A stretch of DNA of 63,585 nt, filler included, from Chrysochromulina tobinii (GCA_001275005.1; 6 parts of 6 records of this genome joined end to end with filler, not necessarily neighbours in it); one strand, 5' to 3'. Counted from the first letter of the whole stretch, positions 11,589-23,263 are shown. Numbers and translations: made by a program. The notes: generated by a model from the sequence alone, not told the origin.

Positions 11589-12506
11589 ATGATGCAGCTG
11601 ATGATGGTCGGACACCTTCCGCCAGACGTGATGCCGTGGATGCCGCTCCACTCTTTGTGTCCGCAGTGCCGCGTGCCGCGCAAGCATGCGCACGAACCTC
11701 ATAACATATTGCTCGAGCTCCTTCACACACTCCGAATCCATCCCAGCGCTGGAGTCTTCGTAGATGTTGGCACATCAACAGATATGTTGGACGGTGAGAT
11801 TGCACTGAAGGAAGGGTTCAAAGTGCTTGCCGTGGAGGCGCGGCAACAAGCGGCTGCGCATGTGGCACACCGATTCAACGCCAGCGTGGCTGCGAGCTTC
11901 TTGGATATCCGGAATCTTGCCGTTGCTGACACGCCTGGAGTGATGTCGTTGCACGACGTTGCAGGCCGACTTGGTGACACTTCGAGCCTCGCGCCCAGCG
12001 CTGTTCTGCGAGTCGGACCTAGTAAGACGGTGAACGTGACAGTGACGACACTGGACGAACTTGTTGGCGACGCACCGTGTGCTGTCATCAAGATGGACAT
12101 TCAAGGCTACGAGATCGAAGCACTCAGAGGCGCAGCGTCGATCCTGGCGCGCGAGCGCGCCCCGTTACTCCTCATCGAGGTGTGCGAGCGGCTGCGACCG
12201 CAGGTTCCCTTCTACACCATGTTCCAGCAGCTGAGACGTGCTGGCTACACGTGCTACGATATCTTGAGCAACACACAATATCGCATGCCTGACGGAAGCC
12301 TCCGTCACCAGCACCGATGCTGTAGCAGCGAGAATAGTAGGCAGCCTGAAGCCGACACTGAGACAGCCCACCCGCGGAGCGCCACCGGCAATGCCTCCTC
12401 AACCGCTCGCCCCCCGATGGTGTGCCGCGACGATGCATCGACGAGGTGTGCAGGAACTCTGGTCTATACAGACCTTGCATGCAAGAAAGGCGGCAGGGCT
12501 GCATGA
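11589..12506 (+). CDS. FkbM-family SAM-dependent methyltransferase
   Basis: FVDVG, VLAVEA, NLAVAD, TTLDELV and IKMDIQGYEIEALRGA motifs. Confidence 0.85.
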   Translation: MMQLMMVGHLPPDVMPWMPLHSLCPQCRVPRKHAHEPHNILLELLHTLRIHPSAGVFVDVGTSTDMLDGEIALKEGFKVLAVEARQQAAAHVAHRFNASVAASFLDIRNLAVADTPGVMSLHDVAGRLGDTSSLAPSAVLRVGPSKTVNVTVTTLDELVGDAPCAVIKMDIQGYEIEALRGAASILARERAPLLLIEVCERLRPQVPFYTMFQQLRRAGYTCYDILSNTQYRMPDGSLRHQHRCCSSENSRQPEADTETAHPRSATGNASSTARPPMVCRDDASTRCAGTLVYTDLACKKGGRAA

Positions 12507-12753
12507 AATGGAGACATTGCGAGGGTGCTGGAACTGGAAGGGACTTAGAGCCCGGCTTCTTTCGTACCGTAACAAACAGAGCAGATTTGAAATAAGTGAA
12601 AACTTGAAACAAAGTAACAAGCTAGGTGCTGGAAGGGATCCCTACTGTAAGAAATAAAAATCGCAACTCCCGACCTCTAATGGCCCGGCCTAACGCCTAA
12701 GCGAAGTACGGCTACTAAATGCCCGATGCCCGATTCGTCTTCGCGTCCTAACC

Positions 12754-15700
12754 TCACCTTGCCTTCGTGTCCTGCACTGGCGGCACAGTCCACCAACCCT
12801 GGATGGCATCGCGCTCCTTGGGCGCCATGTTGGGCGCATCGCCCACCTCACCCGGGCTGAGCGCGATCGCCTTGACATGCAGCGCGTGCGCCTGCACCCG
12901 GAGCGCTTGGGGCACGTCAATGCGCTGTGCGAGGGACGCGGCGAGCTCGGCGGTCTCCCGAGGACCGAGACAGCGCAGAGCGCGCGCCGCGTCTGAGAGC
13001 GCCTTGCGCACGTGCGTGCCCAACGGCGGCAGGCAATTCGGTAGGCACGACGGAGGGGTGGAGGGCGGCAGGCGGCGTTGCTAGCGGCGCTGTCGTCGGC
13101 AGCGGCTGCTTCAAGCGACGGCGGCGGCAGTGAGGCATTGGGCTCCGACGGCGACGCGAGCGCCGGGACGGTAGGCGCCGGGACGGTAGGCGCCGGGACG
13201 GTAGGCGCCGGGACGGTAGGCGCCGGGATGGTAGGCGCCGGGATGGTAGGCACCGGGATGGTAGGCACCGGGACGGTAGGCGCCGGGACGGTAGGCGCGG
13301 CTGCCACTACCTCCTCGAGGCGTTGGGCAAAGGCGGCGGCGGTGGCGCTCAGCTCATGCGACATCGCATAGAAAGCTTTCACCTCCGGATGAGCTCGCAC
13401 CGCTTGGGGCGTCAGGCTGCATGCGCATGCGGTACAGCCGTCACAGTCGAGGGAGTTGGGGCAGTGCTTTTGGAAGCGGAGGCCACCCAGAGTGCGCACG
13501 CGAGAAAGTGAGACGTAGGCCATGCCAGCGTCGAAGCAGCCATTGACCTGTAACAGGAGCAGTGAGGGGGCGATCAGGAGGGCGATCCGAGAGCAGTCGA
13601 GATCAGTCGAGATCAGGGGAGATCAGTCGAGATCAGGGGAGATCAGGGGAGACAGGGCGCTCGCTTCGGTCTGCCATCTGTGGCAGCCCAGCGGCACTGC
13701 TAATGTGAATGTGTGCCATCTGTGGCAGCCCAGCGGCACTGTTAATGTGAATGTGTGCCATCTGTGGCAGCCCAGCGGCCGTCGCGAGCAATCCAGGGCA
13801 ATCACCTGCACGACAGCCGCGTCGAGGGTCATCCCCTGCGACTTATGAATCGTGATGGCCCAAGCAGCGCGTAGCGGCAATTGCAGCCGGTAACACACGC
13901 CTTGGCCAACCACCTCGCTCTGGAGCAGCTGTGGAAGGACGATGTGCTCTCGACCGTTGTCGAAGCGCACGCGAGGGAGAGTGTTTGGCCGGCGCCAGCA
14001 GCCCCCCGCGCGAAGCCCATGGTGGCTGCCACCCTCACCGCCGCCGCCGCCGAAGCCGACTCCACCGAAGCCAGCGCCACCGCCTGAGCCTGCGCCTTCC
14101 GCCGCGTCGACGGACGGGTCGTTACATGTAACGGACGGGTCGTTGGCCACCCAACGATGCAGCCGTTGCCGGTACGTGCTCATGTAATGGAGTCGCCCGA
14201 GGAGCTGCTCGCGCGAGCGGTCGGTGTCGGCACCGCGGGACTGCTCGTGGAGGACCTCGAGCTGCTGGTCAATCTCACCCAATCTCGCCTCGACGGCCAA
14301 TCTCACCTGTTTGGAGACAGGAGCGCGCCGTGGTGAGCGCACGCACATGCTGCGAATCTGCTCACTGAGCGCGTGCAATCTGCGTGCAATCTGCGTGCAA
14401 TCTGCGTGCAATCTGCGTGCAGTCCGCGTGCAATCCGCGTGCAATCAGCGTGCAATCAGCGTGCAATCCGCGGCACGCACCTCGTCGCACGAGGGCAGAG
14501 GGCCGACGAGCCCGAGGGAGCCGTTACATAACTTCTGGTCGCCCTCGGCCTCGAGATCGAGATTCGTCAACAGGATGACGCGAGCGCCTTCGCATAGGTC
14601 GATCCGGCGCTCCGCCAGGCAGTCGCCGAAGAATGTGCCGCCCTCACTCCGCATCAGCCGTCGGTGGGTTTCGTCATACGCTTTGGGGTCGCCTGCCTGC
14701 TCCTCGTCCACTTCGACCCAATCGCTAGCGACCCATTGGAAGGCGGCCCGCCCCAGCCGTCGACTTGCTTCCATGACCTGCTGCAGCTCGAGGGCATTCC
14801 GCTCGTTGACCACCGCATTCACTGGAGCAAGCATGATTGGGCGCGGCGCGCTCGGCCGCACCAAGGGTGCGGGTGTGGGTGCGGCGGCGGTGGTGGTGGC
14901 GGCGGTGCCGGTGACGGCGGTGGCGACGGCGACGGCGGCTGCGGTAGCGGCACTGGCGGGAGTGTGGGCGCGGGGCTTGGGGACTGTGGCGCAGTGCGCG
15001 TTGAGGAAGCGGCAGTCACTCTGCGTCATCGCGCCTGTTCGGATGCGATTGAGCGTCGCGACGAGCGCCTCGTCCTTCTGTCGATGAGCTCGATGCAGCT
15101 CGATCAGCACCAGGGATGCTCGGTACCATGCGGCGGATTGGAACGCAAACCCACGGTTGAGGAAGAGTTCCGTCTCCTGTCGACCATCCAGACCCCCCGC
15201 AAGCACCGCGCGCCGCTGCAGCAGCCGCGCGGGCACGAGGCGGCTCCACGTGTCCGAGGGAACCCTGCCTACGATCGGGGGCAGTTGGAAAAAGTCCCCA
15301 CAGCAGATGAGTTGAACCCCGCCGAAGGGAGGCACGTGGCTGACCTTCTCGCCGCGGTGAAGGTTGTCCGGTCCGCGCCCGTACTTGGCGACGAGGGCGC
15401 GCAGCTGCGTATCGAGGGGGACCCCCCGGGGAGTCAGGAAGGACTCAGGAGGCAATCAGTAGTCAATCAGTAGTCAATCATTAATCAATCAAGATGCAAT
15501 CAAGATGCAATCAGTAGTCAATCCGTAGGCCATCACCTGCTCATCAAGCAAGTCGAGGAACTCCGCGGAGAGCATCGAGACCTCGTCTATGAGGAGTACC
15601 TGCAGCTGCGTGGCGAGGCTCTTTCCTTTGCCGCCCGAGGCGCCACCACCCATCCGGCTCGCAAAGTCTTCGTGCACGAGAGGCACGCCCACGCCCATCG

Positions 15701-18132
15701 CCGAGTGCAGCGTCGTGCCGCCGATGTGGGTAGCCGCGATGCCTGTTGGTGCGGTGATCGCGACCGCCTTGGAGAAGGTGTCGGAGAAGACCGCGCGCAG
15801 GAAGGCAAGGATGACGGAGGTCACGAAGCTCTTTCCGACGCCCCCAGGCCCAGTGTAGAAGACGGAGCGCCCCTGCCGGCAAGTGAGCTCGAGCACGCGC
15901 CGCTGCTCCGAATCCAGCGTGACGTGGGCCTGCACGGGCGCCGTCGTGGGCACTCAGAGGGCATGGGAGAGGCAGTCGGCGCTCATCAGCAGCGCCCATC
16001 AGCAGCGCCCATCATGGCGCGCGCACCGGCTCGGGCGCCGTCATGGGCACTCAGAGCCAATCATGGCGCGCGCACCGGCACGAGCGCCGTCGTGGGCACT
16101 CAGAGCCAATCATTGGGTTGCGCACCTGCTCGGGCGCCGCTAGCCATGCGTCCAGATCGTCGCGCTTCCACACACGAGTAGCGGCAGGCGGCGGCAGAGG
16201 AGGAGCAACGGGAGCGGCGGCGGCGGCGGGAACGAGCAGTGGCGAGGGCGGTGAGGGCGGCGAGGGTGTGGGCGCCGTCTTGGGCGGCTGGCGGCTCATC
16301 TGATGCTCGAGTTGTCGCTCATAGCGCATCTGCGAGAGCAACTCCATCTCCTCGTACGGCAGCAACTCTCGCTCGGCAGCCGCGGCCGAGGGCGCACGCG
16401 CCGCGTCGTGAGGCTGGGCGGTGTGAAGCTGGGCGGTGTGAGGCTGGGCGGTGTGAAGCTGGGCGGTGTGAAGCTGGGCGGTGTGAAGCTGGGCGGTGTG
16501 AAGCTGGGCGGTGTGAAGCTGGGCGGCGGCGGCACGGGCCTCGCGCTTGGGCGAAAGAGCGGCGGCGGCGGAGGAGCCGGCACCGTCCGCGGCTGTACCA
16601 TCAGACCCGACTGGCCCGGCGCGCTTGAGGGTACGTTTGCCCTTGGCTCGTTGCAGCCCACACATGGCACACGCAAGGAAAGTCCTCTGCGGCCCGCCAT
16701 GCCAGAAGGTGCACTGTGTACATGACCATCCGACGGGGCCGTCCGACTGGGCGCCGCTGCTGAGCATCCGACTGGGCGCCGCTGCTGTAGCCGTCGGCTC
16801 GAGCGCCGTAACGGGCGCATCGGTAGCCGCTCTTGCAGTCCACGTCGCAGCTGGTGCCGTCCTCGATGTCGCTGGTGCCGTCGCGTCGGCTGGGATGGTA
16901 CCAGCCCCGCGGATCTCATTCACAGCTGGGATGGTGCCAGCCCCGTGGCGTCGGCGCTGTGGGCTCGGAGGCGCGTCGCGGCTGGGTGGTGCTGAGCGCT
17001 TGGGTAGCGAGGCGCGAGCGGCGGCGGCGGAGGTTGGCGATCGCTGCTGGTTCGAGTGGTGCTCCTGCAGCTGGCGCAAGGGCGGCGGCGGCGCGAGTGA
17101 GGGCGGGGCGTGCGACGGGGGCGGCGCTGGCTGAACACGCGGTGGCGGCGGCGGCATCAGCAGACGATCCGCTGCCTTCGCCTCCGCTGCCTTCGCCACG
17201 TCCTCCTCCAGACCAGCCTCGTCCTCCTCCGGACCAGCCGTGCGCGCGGCCGCCGTGCTCGCGGGCCGATCCACGCCCGGCGGCGGCGGCGGCACCAGGA
17301 GCGCGGGAGGCGGCACGAGGAGCGAGGGAGGCGGCACCAGGAGCGAGGGAGGCGGCACCAGGAGCGTGCGCGGCCGCGGCTGAGGCGGCAGCAGCTCGGA
17401 GTCGCACCGACGACCCACACGGGCCTTGAGCGCCTCTGCTTGGGCCTCGGCCAGGAGGGCGTACGTGGCCCCATCGGTGGGGTGCTCGCAGGGTGTGAGC
17501 CGCGCGGGAAGCGATGCCACCAGCGTCGCCACGCGCGCGACGAGTGCGCCGCCTCCGCTGCTGCCACTGCCGCCGCCGGGGGCCTCTGCGTCCGTCGCCT
17601 CGTCCTCCGTATCCGCCGCCTCAGCCGCCCGCTGCAGGCAGCTGACGAGCGCGGCGCTGCAACCGAGTAGCCGCATGCTCGTGCACCCGCCGCCAAGCGT
17701 CGAGGCAGCCTCGAGGGCGAGCGCAGCCGCTTCGAGCTCCGCCTGCGCTGCGCTGCCGGCGCGCAGCCAGCGATGGCCGCGCCAGCGGTGGTGGCCGCAC
17801 GTGACGACCGCGCCGACGCCGACCGTTTGCGGTGCTGCGGAAACTGCCAGGGCAGCGACGCACTCGTCTGGACCATGCGCGGGCCGTGGACCGACGATGA
17901 CAGCAGTGGGCGTCAGCTCCAGGTGTGGGCGTGGCCTCGCGCGGCGCAGCTCGTCCTCTGCCCACTCGCCCGCCGCGTCGGCTGAGGCAAAGGAGCGAAT
18001 GCGGGCACCGGGCCGCCCGATGGCCCACGCGCACGCCGGCCACGAGCGCTCGATCACCCAACGGCCACCCTCGACGATCGCGTAAACGACGGTAGAGGCA
18101 TCCATTTCGTCGTACACGGTAGAGGAAGCCAT
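12754..18132 (-). CDS. PIF1: Pif1-family DNA helicase with N-terminal RNase H1-like module and RanBP2 zinc finger
   Basis: Helicase motifs [73 protein letters not shown] and [10 protein letters not shown]. Phase-0 GT-AG introns at 16125-15930, 15536-15405, 14480-14307 and 13805-13548 join the ORFs. The C-terminus is uncertain (possible intron 13310-13003, or stop at 12690). Confidence 0.88.
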
Positions 18133-18259
18133 TGAACGCGGGATTTTGTCAATGAACGCCCCGCGAAGCCGTCCGTACCTCTTGAGAGTAGAGATCGCCC
18201 GAGGCTCTCCTCCTCGGCTTTTGATTGCATGTTCCTAATTTGTGAGTAGTGGCCACAAA

Positions 18260-19222
18260 ATGGCCGCGAACTCCCACGAGAATGCATGGCCACAGCAGCA
18301 GCTCTTGCCGCCCAAGTCCCCCGCCCCGCTCGGATCACTGCTGGTTCCGGCCGAGGCGTGGCACGCCATGGAGGCGCAGCTGGCTGAGCTTCGAGCGGAG
18401 ACCTCCGAGTGCCGGCGCTTCCTCCGCGCACACCTGCGGCTCGAGCACAACAAGCGGAACAGCGCGGCGACGCGTCTGCAGGCGGCGTGGCGCCGCCACT
18501 CTGCGATCGCGCACCATCCACGTGGACGGCGCCTCGCCCGCTGGCGGACCTGGCGGCGCTCCCGTCTGCTCCTGACACCGGCGCGCCTGCACGTGAGCCG
18601 GCCGCCGGTCGTGCTCTTCGAAGCGGTCGCTCGACGACTGGTGCCCGTGCAGGCGCTGGCTCGTGGCTTTCTCGTGCGCCGTCGCGCTGCGGCGTTTCTC
18701 ACCCAGCAGGCGGCGGCGCGGTCGCTGCAGGCGATGGCACGCGGCCGTCAGAGCCGTCAGCGCCACGCCCTCCTCGTACGATCTGCTCGCCGCGCCGCGC
18801 GGCTCGAGGCGCGCGTGGCCAGCCTCGCGGACGAGCTGGAGCGCGAGCGCCGCGCACGCCAGCTCCACGAGAAGGCGCTTCGACGCCTGTGGAATGCGGT
18901 CCTAGGCCCCGGTGCGGCATCCGCAGCGGCCGCCGCGGGGGACGCCGCCGCGGGTGACACCGCCGCCCTTGGCGCCGCCGCGTGCTCGTCTCTCGAGAGG
19001 GCGACGCAGCCGACGCCTCCCTCGCCGGCTGAACCAGCCGAGGAGGGCACGCAGGAGCCGAGGGAGACGCGCCTGCGCTCGTGCGAGCGTGTGTGCGTGG
19101 CGGCGGCGGCGGCTCGCCGGCGCGCGGCGGCAGAGTGCGTGCAGGCCGCGTGGCGCGCGAGGTCCGCCGGGGCGCCCGAAGTCCTCGTCAACCTCACCTC
19201 GCCAACTGTGCTGCGGTTCTGA
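18260..19222 (+). CDS. IQ calmodulin-binding motif / coiled-coil protein
   Basis: AATRLQAAWRR, VQALARGFLVRR, LQAMARGRQSR and VQAAWRAR. Confidence 0.8.
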   Translation: MAANSHENAWPQQQLLPPKSPAPLGSLLVPAEAWHAMEAQLAELRAETSECRRFLRAHLRLEHNKRNSAATRLQAAWRRHSAIAHHPRGRRLARWRTWRRSRLLLTPARLHVSRPPVVLFEAVARRLVPVQALARGFLVRRRAAAFLTQQAAARSLQAMARGRQSRQRHALLVRSARRAARLEARVASLADELERERRARQLHEKALRRLWNAVLGPGAASAAAAAGDAAAGDTAALGAAACSSLERATQPTPPSPAEPAEEGTQEPRETRLRSCERVCVAAAAARRRAAAECVQAAWRARSAGAPEVLVNLTSPTVLRF

Positions 19223-19562
19223 CGTGCCCTCGCACAAGCTGAACACGGCGGCAGTCTCTGTTTCCTTAAGGAGAGTCTAGCTGAACGGTCCATGGACACT
19301 CCGCGTGGGTGAGGCATCGAAGAAATTCATATCAGAAGCGTTTCGTATCCGGTATGATAGATGGTACAGTTATAGTACACACGCGCGGCACGCCCAGGCC
19401 AGAGAAGGTGAGAGGCCGGTCTCTCCCACAGCGTGCAGCCGCCGTTCCTGTGTCCGCCTTTCTGCCCTATATAATACGGAGATCTAGTACCGGTAGCCCT
19501 AGTGACGAAACCCACTGGTTGCCTAATAAAGAGATGACGAAACCCTGCGAGGTCAGTGACGA

Positions 19563-19662
19563 NNNNNNNNNNNNNNNNNNNNNNNNNNNNNNNNNNNNNN
19601 NNNNNNTTAATTAATTAANNNNNNNNNNNNNNNNNNNNNNNNNNNNNNNNNNNNNNNNNNNN
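19563..19662. other. assembly linker or gap
   Basis: N44-TTAATTAATTAA-N44, with stops in all frames. Confidence 0.99.
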
Positions 19663-19906
19663 CCCTCCCGGACATCAAGGAGGGTCTCGGAAATCCGGAC
19701 ATGTCAGGAATCTTGCTAGATTCCCCCACTTTACTGCTCAGTTGGCCTCCCGAATTGCCAAATCGAATTGCCCAAATGCCAAAGCCACGAATGACGAAAA
19801 GACGAAAGTCGAAACCACGAAACCGCAAACCCGGTCGCGAGCGCGCGTGTGAACGTTCACAGTCAGACACACGACACCGATAGAGTTGCTCCGTCAGACA
19901 CACGCG

Positions 19907-21334
19907 ATGCCGACAGAGTTGCTCCCGTCGGCACTCAACAGAACATTATGCCCTTTGCTTCGAGGTGAGGTGCACTTTGACCTTTCAAAGGCAAACGCTC
20001 AGGCGGTGCGTGGTCTCGTGGTGGACGAAGAGGTTTGCCATGCCCAAGTCAATGTGCTTGGACTGGTGGCCAGCACCTTCGATCAGAGGAAGCCGAGCTA
20101 TAAAGCACCTTGGGCCGAGAGTGCGCGCACACGCTTCCACAAGCTATGCTCAGTTCGCTTCGAGAGCAGCGCTCAGGGCTGCATGCACGCGCTTGCTGCA
20201 TCTGCAAGTTGTGGTCCGCACGCCGAGTGCACGGGCGCTCGTGCATTCATGATTGATCTTGTGGATGCAGACAACCATGCCGCATGGGGGCGCAGGTTTG
20301 ACGCCGCATCCGACACGTTGCCGACACTCGAGCTCTTGAAGCAGAGGCATGCCGGTATGACCGTGCCTTCGATGGCAGCCCAGCCAGTTCGGATACCGCA
20401 GCAGAAAGTGTCACCAGCTGAGGAACGGCGACCGAACCCAGATGAGGATGCAACACGCAGGGCTTTGTTGGGCGAGGACGCGAGCTATCGGTACCAGGTT
20501 GACGGAACCGCCGAGATGGTGCCACCGCCAGTACCCATCGTGCCGGCTGCCAGCGCGCCTCCCTCATTGCCACCAGTAGCCGACCGAGACGATGCGGTCG
20601 CGAACGATCAAAGGCATGGCTTTGAACGACCATTGGTCGCCTGCTCGGTACTGCTCGAAGATGCCATCAAGCAGTCCACAGGAACGATGGAAGATTTCAT
20701 TCTCATCCAGCGGCGCGGCAGCCCAACGGCCGCCACGGCGCTTCGCACGCTCTACTCGGCCATTGCAACGTGCACGAGCTCCTCCTCAGCGCCACCGAGC
20801 ACGCTCGCCAAGTCGTGGTATCGCCTCGGCTTCCTGCTGAATCGGCACGGTGGGCTGGTGAAGGCGGCCAGCCTCGCCCTCGAGCACGCCATCACGCTCA
20901 ATCCGGACACGGCCGGGCCGCCGAATGCCGAGTTGATGCTTCTGAAGCTCGCCGAGCTCGAATCCGAGCACGTCCGCAACGACGTGAAGGATTTGAAGCT
21001 GGAGATCAAGACGCACTACACCGAGGCGAGGCGGCTCAACCCGTCCCTTGCGAGTCACCTGTTCACGAAGCAGTATGGAGAGAGCAGCTTCATGGAGGTG
21101 TTGGAGCGCATCGACGAGCGGCGGGCTGCCAGGGATGGTGTCGACGCTCGGGACCTTGCCAGGCAGATGCCCTCCGACCTCGAGCGCTGCGTCGAGGCGC
21201 AGTCGATGAGGGACGTGCATCGCCTGCGTGGTCGGCAAGGTGACGTGGACCGAGCTGATGCACTCGATCGGATCTTGCATGAGCTCGTTGCCAAAGGCAC
21301 CAAAGTGCCGAAGGCGCCCTATGTACGCGATTGA
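19907..21334 (+). CDS. hypothetical protein, possibly one TPR-like helical repeat
   Basis: Long ORF (~475 aa from ATG 19907). AKSWYRLGFLL...ASLALEHAITLNPD is TPR-like. Confidence 0.65.
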   Translation: MPTELLPSALNRTLCPLLRGEVHFDLSKANAQAVRGLVVDEEVCHAQVNVLGLVASTFDQRKPSYKAPWAESARTRFHKLCSVRFESSAQGCMHALAASASCGPHAECTGARAFMIDLVDADNHAAWGRRFDAASDTLPTLELLKQRHAGMTVPSMAAQPVRIPQQKVSPAEERRPNPDEDATRRALLGEDASYRYQVDGTAEMVPPPVPIVPAASAPPSLPPVADRDDAVANDQRHGFERPLVACSVLLEDAIKQSTGTMEDFILIQRRGSPTAATALRTLYSAIATCTSSSSAPPSTLAKSWYRLGFLLNRHGGLVKAASLALEHAITLNPDTAGPPNAELMLLKLAELESEHVRNDVKDLKLEIKTHYTEARRLNPSLASHLFTKQYGESSFMEVLERIDERRAARDGVDARDLARQMPSDLERCVEAQSMRDVHRLRGRQGDVDRADALDRILHELVAKGTKVPKAPYVRD

Positions 21335-21658
21335 ACGGATTCCGCGCGACCGGGCTGACGCGTCGCGTGGCCTTTCTATACTTTCTTAGACACCTAGCAC
21401 CTTGACCTTCGCGCCGTACGGTTCCATGGTTGCGTATTTGAGAATCAGAATGACTTTAAGAGCCGGTTCGAAGTAAGTAACTCACGCCTATCGGCAGCTT
21501 AAGAGCCGGCGGTTCGACGGCGGGCGGCGGCAGCGGGCGGTATTGCTGGGCCTTTGAAAGTTTTCACACGTTGACAAACACTCCTCATTTGAACGACGTA
21601 CATCGAACGAAAAAACCCCTTAAACCCGCTCTGAAGTGATCCGATGGGAGCTCAGAGC

Positions 21659-23137
21659 TCACATGTTAAAGACCATGTTTTCCTCACGTGAAGTTGGGGC
21701 TCGTGGGCTGACAAAGGAGAGTGGACGCACATCGGGCGTCCTCGAAGCGCTGTGCGAGCGCCAATCGGGCGTCGCAGGCTGCAGCCGCGCGCCACCACCC
21801 GTGGTGGGTCGGGTGGGCGGCCCGCTGCTACGCTTCTGCAGCGCCGCCGAATTCGCGGACGCATGGGCGCAGCTGGCCGCAGCTGGCGGCCGCGGAGCTG
21901 AGCGCGGCGGCGGCGGCGGCGGCGGCCTCCGCGTCGACGAGCCGAGTCTGGTCTCGGGTGCTCCGATGGGCGCGGCCCCAAGGTCGGAGAGAGGCCGCAG
22001 GCCGACGTCGGCGACTGACACGCCGGTGCCTGCGCCATTGAGGTACCGCGTCATGAGCGCGGGTGAATCCGCTCTCGCGAGGGCCGACAGCGGTGTGAGC
22101 GACTGATCTGACGGCGCGAGTCTGGACAACGACTCGCCCGCCTGGCCGGGATCCACTGCCACGCGCGCATCCGCATCAGGCGGTGGCAGCACCGAGCTGG
22201 GCACAGGTGGCTCGGGCGGAGGCAGCGCCGTCGGACGTGTGGCGCGCGGCGGCTTGTCGCGCCCTGTCGGACGTGGCCGAGAGGGCGTCATCGCCGGCAA
22301 CGGAGTCGTAGCCGCGGCTGTGTACGCTCCAGAGACGGCGTACGCGTTCGCATCGGGGCGAGATTGCGCAGGCAGGAAGTGCGGTAGCAGCACTCTGCCG
22401 CCAGGGCTGCGCACAGCGTCGCCATAGTAGTCCAGGTACATACGCGCAACGGCCACCTCGCGTGCCCAGAAGTGCATCGCTTCCTCCGTCTCGGCACCGA
22501 AGACGAGCTTGTCCGACTGGAACTGCTGGCGGCCCTCCGCGCTTAGCAAGCATGCCCACTGCCAGCGCGCCTCCACCGAACACAGGCCGGTGTTGATGTG
22601 CACTTCGCCTTCAGCACGTGTCATGTCGATACACTTGAGGCCGATGGAGTGCTGCTGGACAATCTCGCGGAGCGTCCAGAACGAGCGCGAGACTCGCGTG
22701 TAGGTGAGGTGGCCGTCACCAACCATGAGTCGCACGGGCAGCCACCTCTTGCCGTGTCGCACCCAGCACTGCAGCTGCAGCGCCTGCTGCTTCTCGATGT
22801 GCACAAAAGGTGCCGTCTGCACGTGCACCGTGAGCGCAGTCGACGCGAGCTTGGCCGCGACGTCCTGGAAGAGTTTTGCCGCCTGCTGGCGGTGCTCATA
22901 GACCTCGGCGTCCAGCTCGTCCGCACGGGCTTGATGCTTCGCCGCCAACTGCTCCTTCTCTTCGCACGCCTTGGCCTCCTCCTGCCACTCCTCAAGCATT
23001 TCCATGACCTCGCTGTCAGCATCCTCTAGGTTGATGCGCAGCCGTTGCAGCGCGCGTCGCAGCCGGAGCGCGTCGCTCTCGTGCGTTGGACTGGTGATCT
23101 CATCGTGCGACGAGAACAAATTCAAGCCAGAATCCAT
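21659..23137 (-). CDS. coiled-coil plus PH-domain protein with Pro-rich tail
   Basis: Coiled-coil N-terminus; PH-like WVRHGKRWLPVRLMVGDGHLTY...LVFGAETEEAMHFWAREV; ATG at 23137. Confidence 0.7.
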   Translation of the reverse strand: MDSGLNLFSSHDEITSPTHESDALRLRRALQRLRINLEDADSEVMEMLEEWQEEAKACEEKEQLAAKHQARADELDAEVYEHRQQAAKLFQDVAAKLASTALTVHVQTAPFVHIEKQQALQLQCWVRHGKRWLPVRLMVGDGHLTYTRVSRSFWTLREIVQQHSIGLKCIDMTRAEGEVHINTGLCSVEARWQWACLLSAEGRQQFQSDKLVFGAETEEAMHFWAREVAVARMYLDYYGDAVRSPGGRVLLPHFLPAQSRPDANAYAVSGAYTAAATTPLPAMTPSRPRPTGRDKPPRATRPTALPPPEPPVPSSVLPPPDADARVAVDPGQAGESLSRLAPSDQSLTPLSALARADSPALMTRYLNGAGTGVSVADVGLRPLSDLGAAPIGAPETRLGSSTRRPPPPPPPRSAPRPPAAASCAHASANSAALQKRSSGPPTRPTTGGGARLQPATPDWRSHSASRTPDVRPLSFVSPRAPTSREENMVFNM

Positions 23138-23263
23138 GGCGACACCCCAAAATTTGCGTTTCGTCCCTCGGCCATTGATAGTTGGGTCCTGAAACTTGTG
23201 GACACTCGTATATCGTTTCAAGACCACGACGATGTACGGCTCCAGGTCACGGCCGTACTACGG

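Noticed and set aside
16405..16525. 15-bp repeat encoding AQLHT
   Set aside because: An in-frame low-complexity linker expansion with no clear splice signals or other structure.
12754..18132. Pif1 helicase as a Helitron RepHel gene
   Set aside because: No HUH/Rep motifs or Helitron termini were seen, and it sits in a normal divergent gene pair.
19563..19662. TTAATTAATTAA palindrome inside N runs (also at 40611, 50861, 54948 and 60653)
   Set aside because: An identical 100-bp artificial contig linker. It is not biological, and adjacency across it is unproven.
23138..23263. Possible splicing of the SGNH ORF to the PH-domain ORF
   Set aside because: A secreted hydrolase and a cytosolic PH protein, each with its own plausible start and stop, and no convincing junction.
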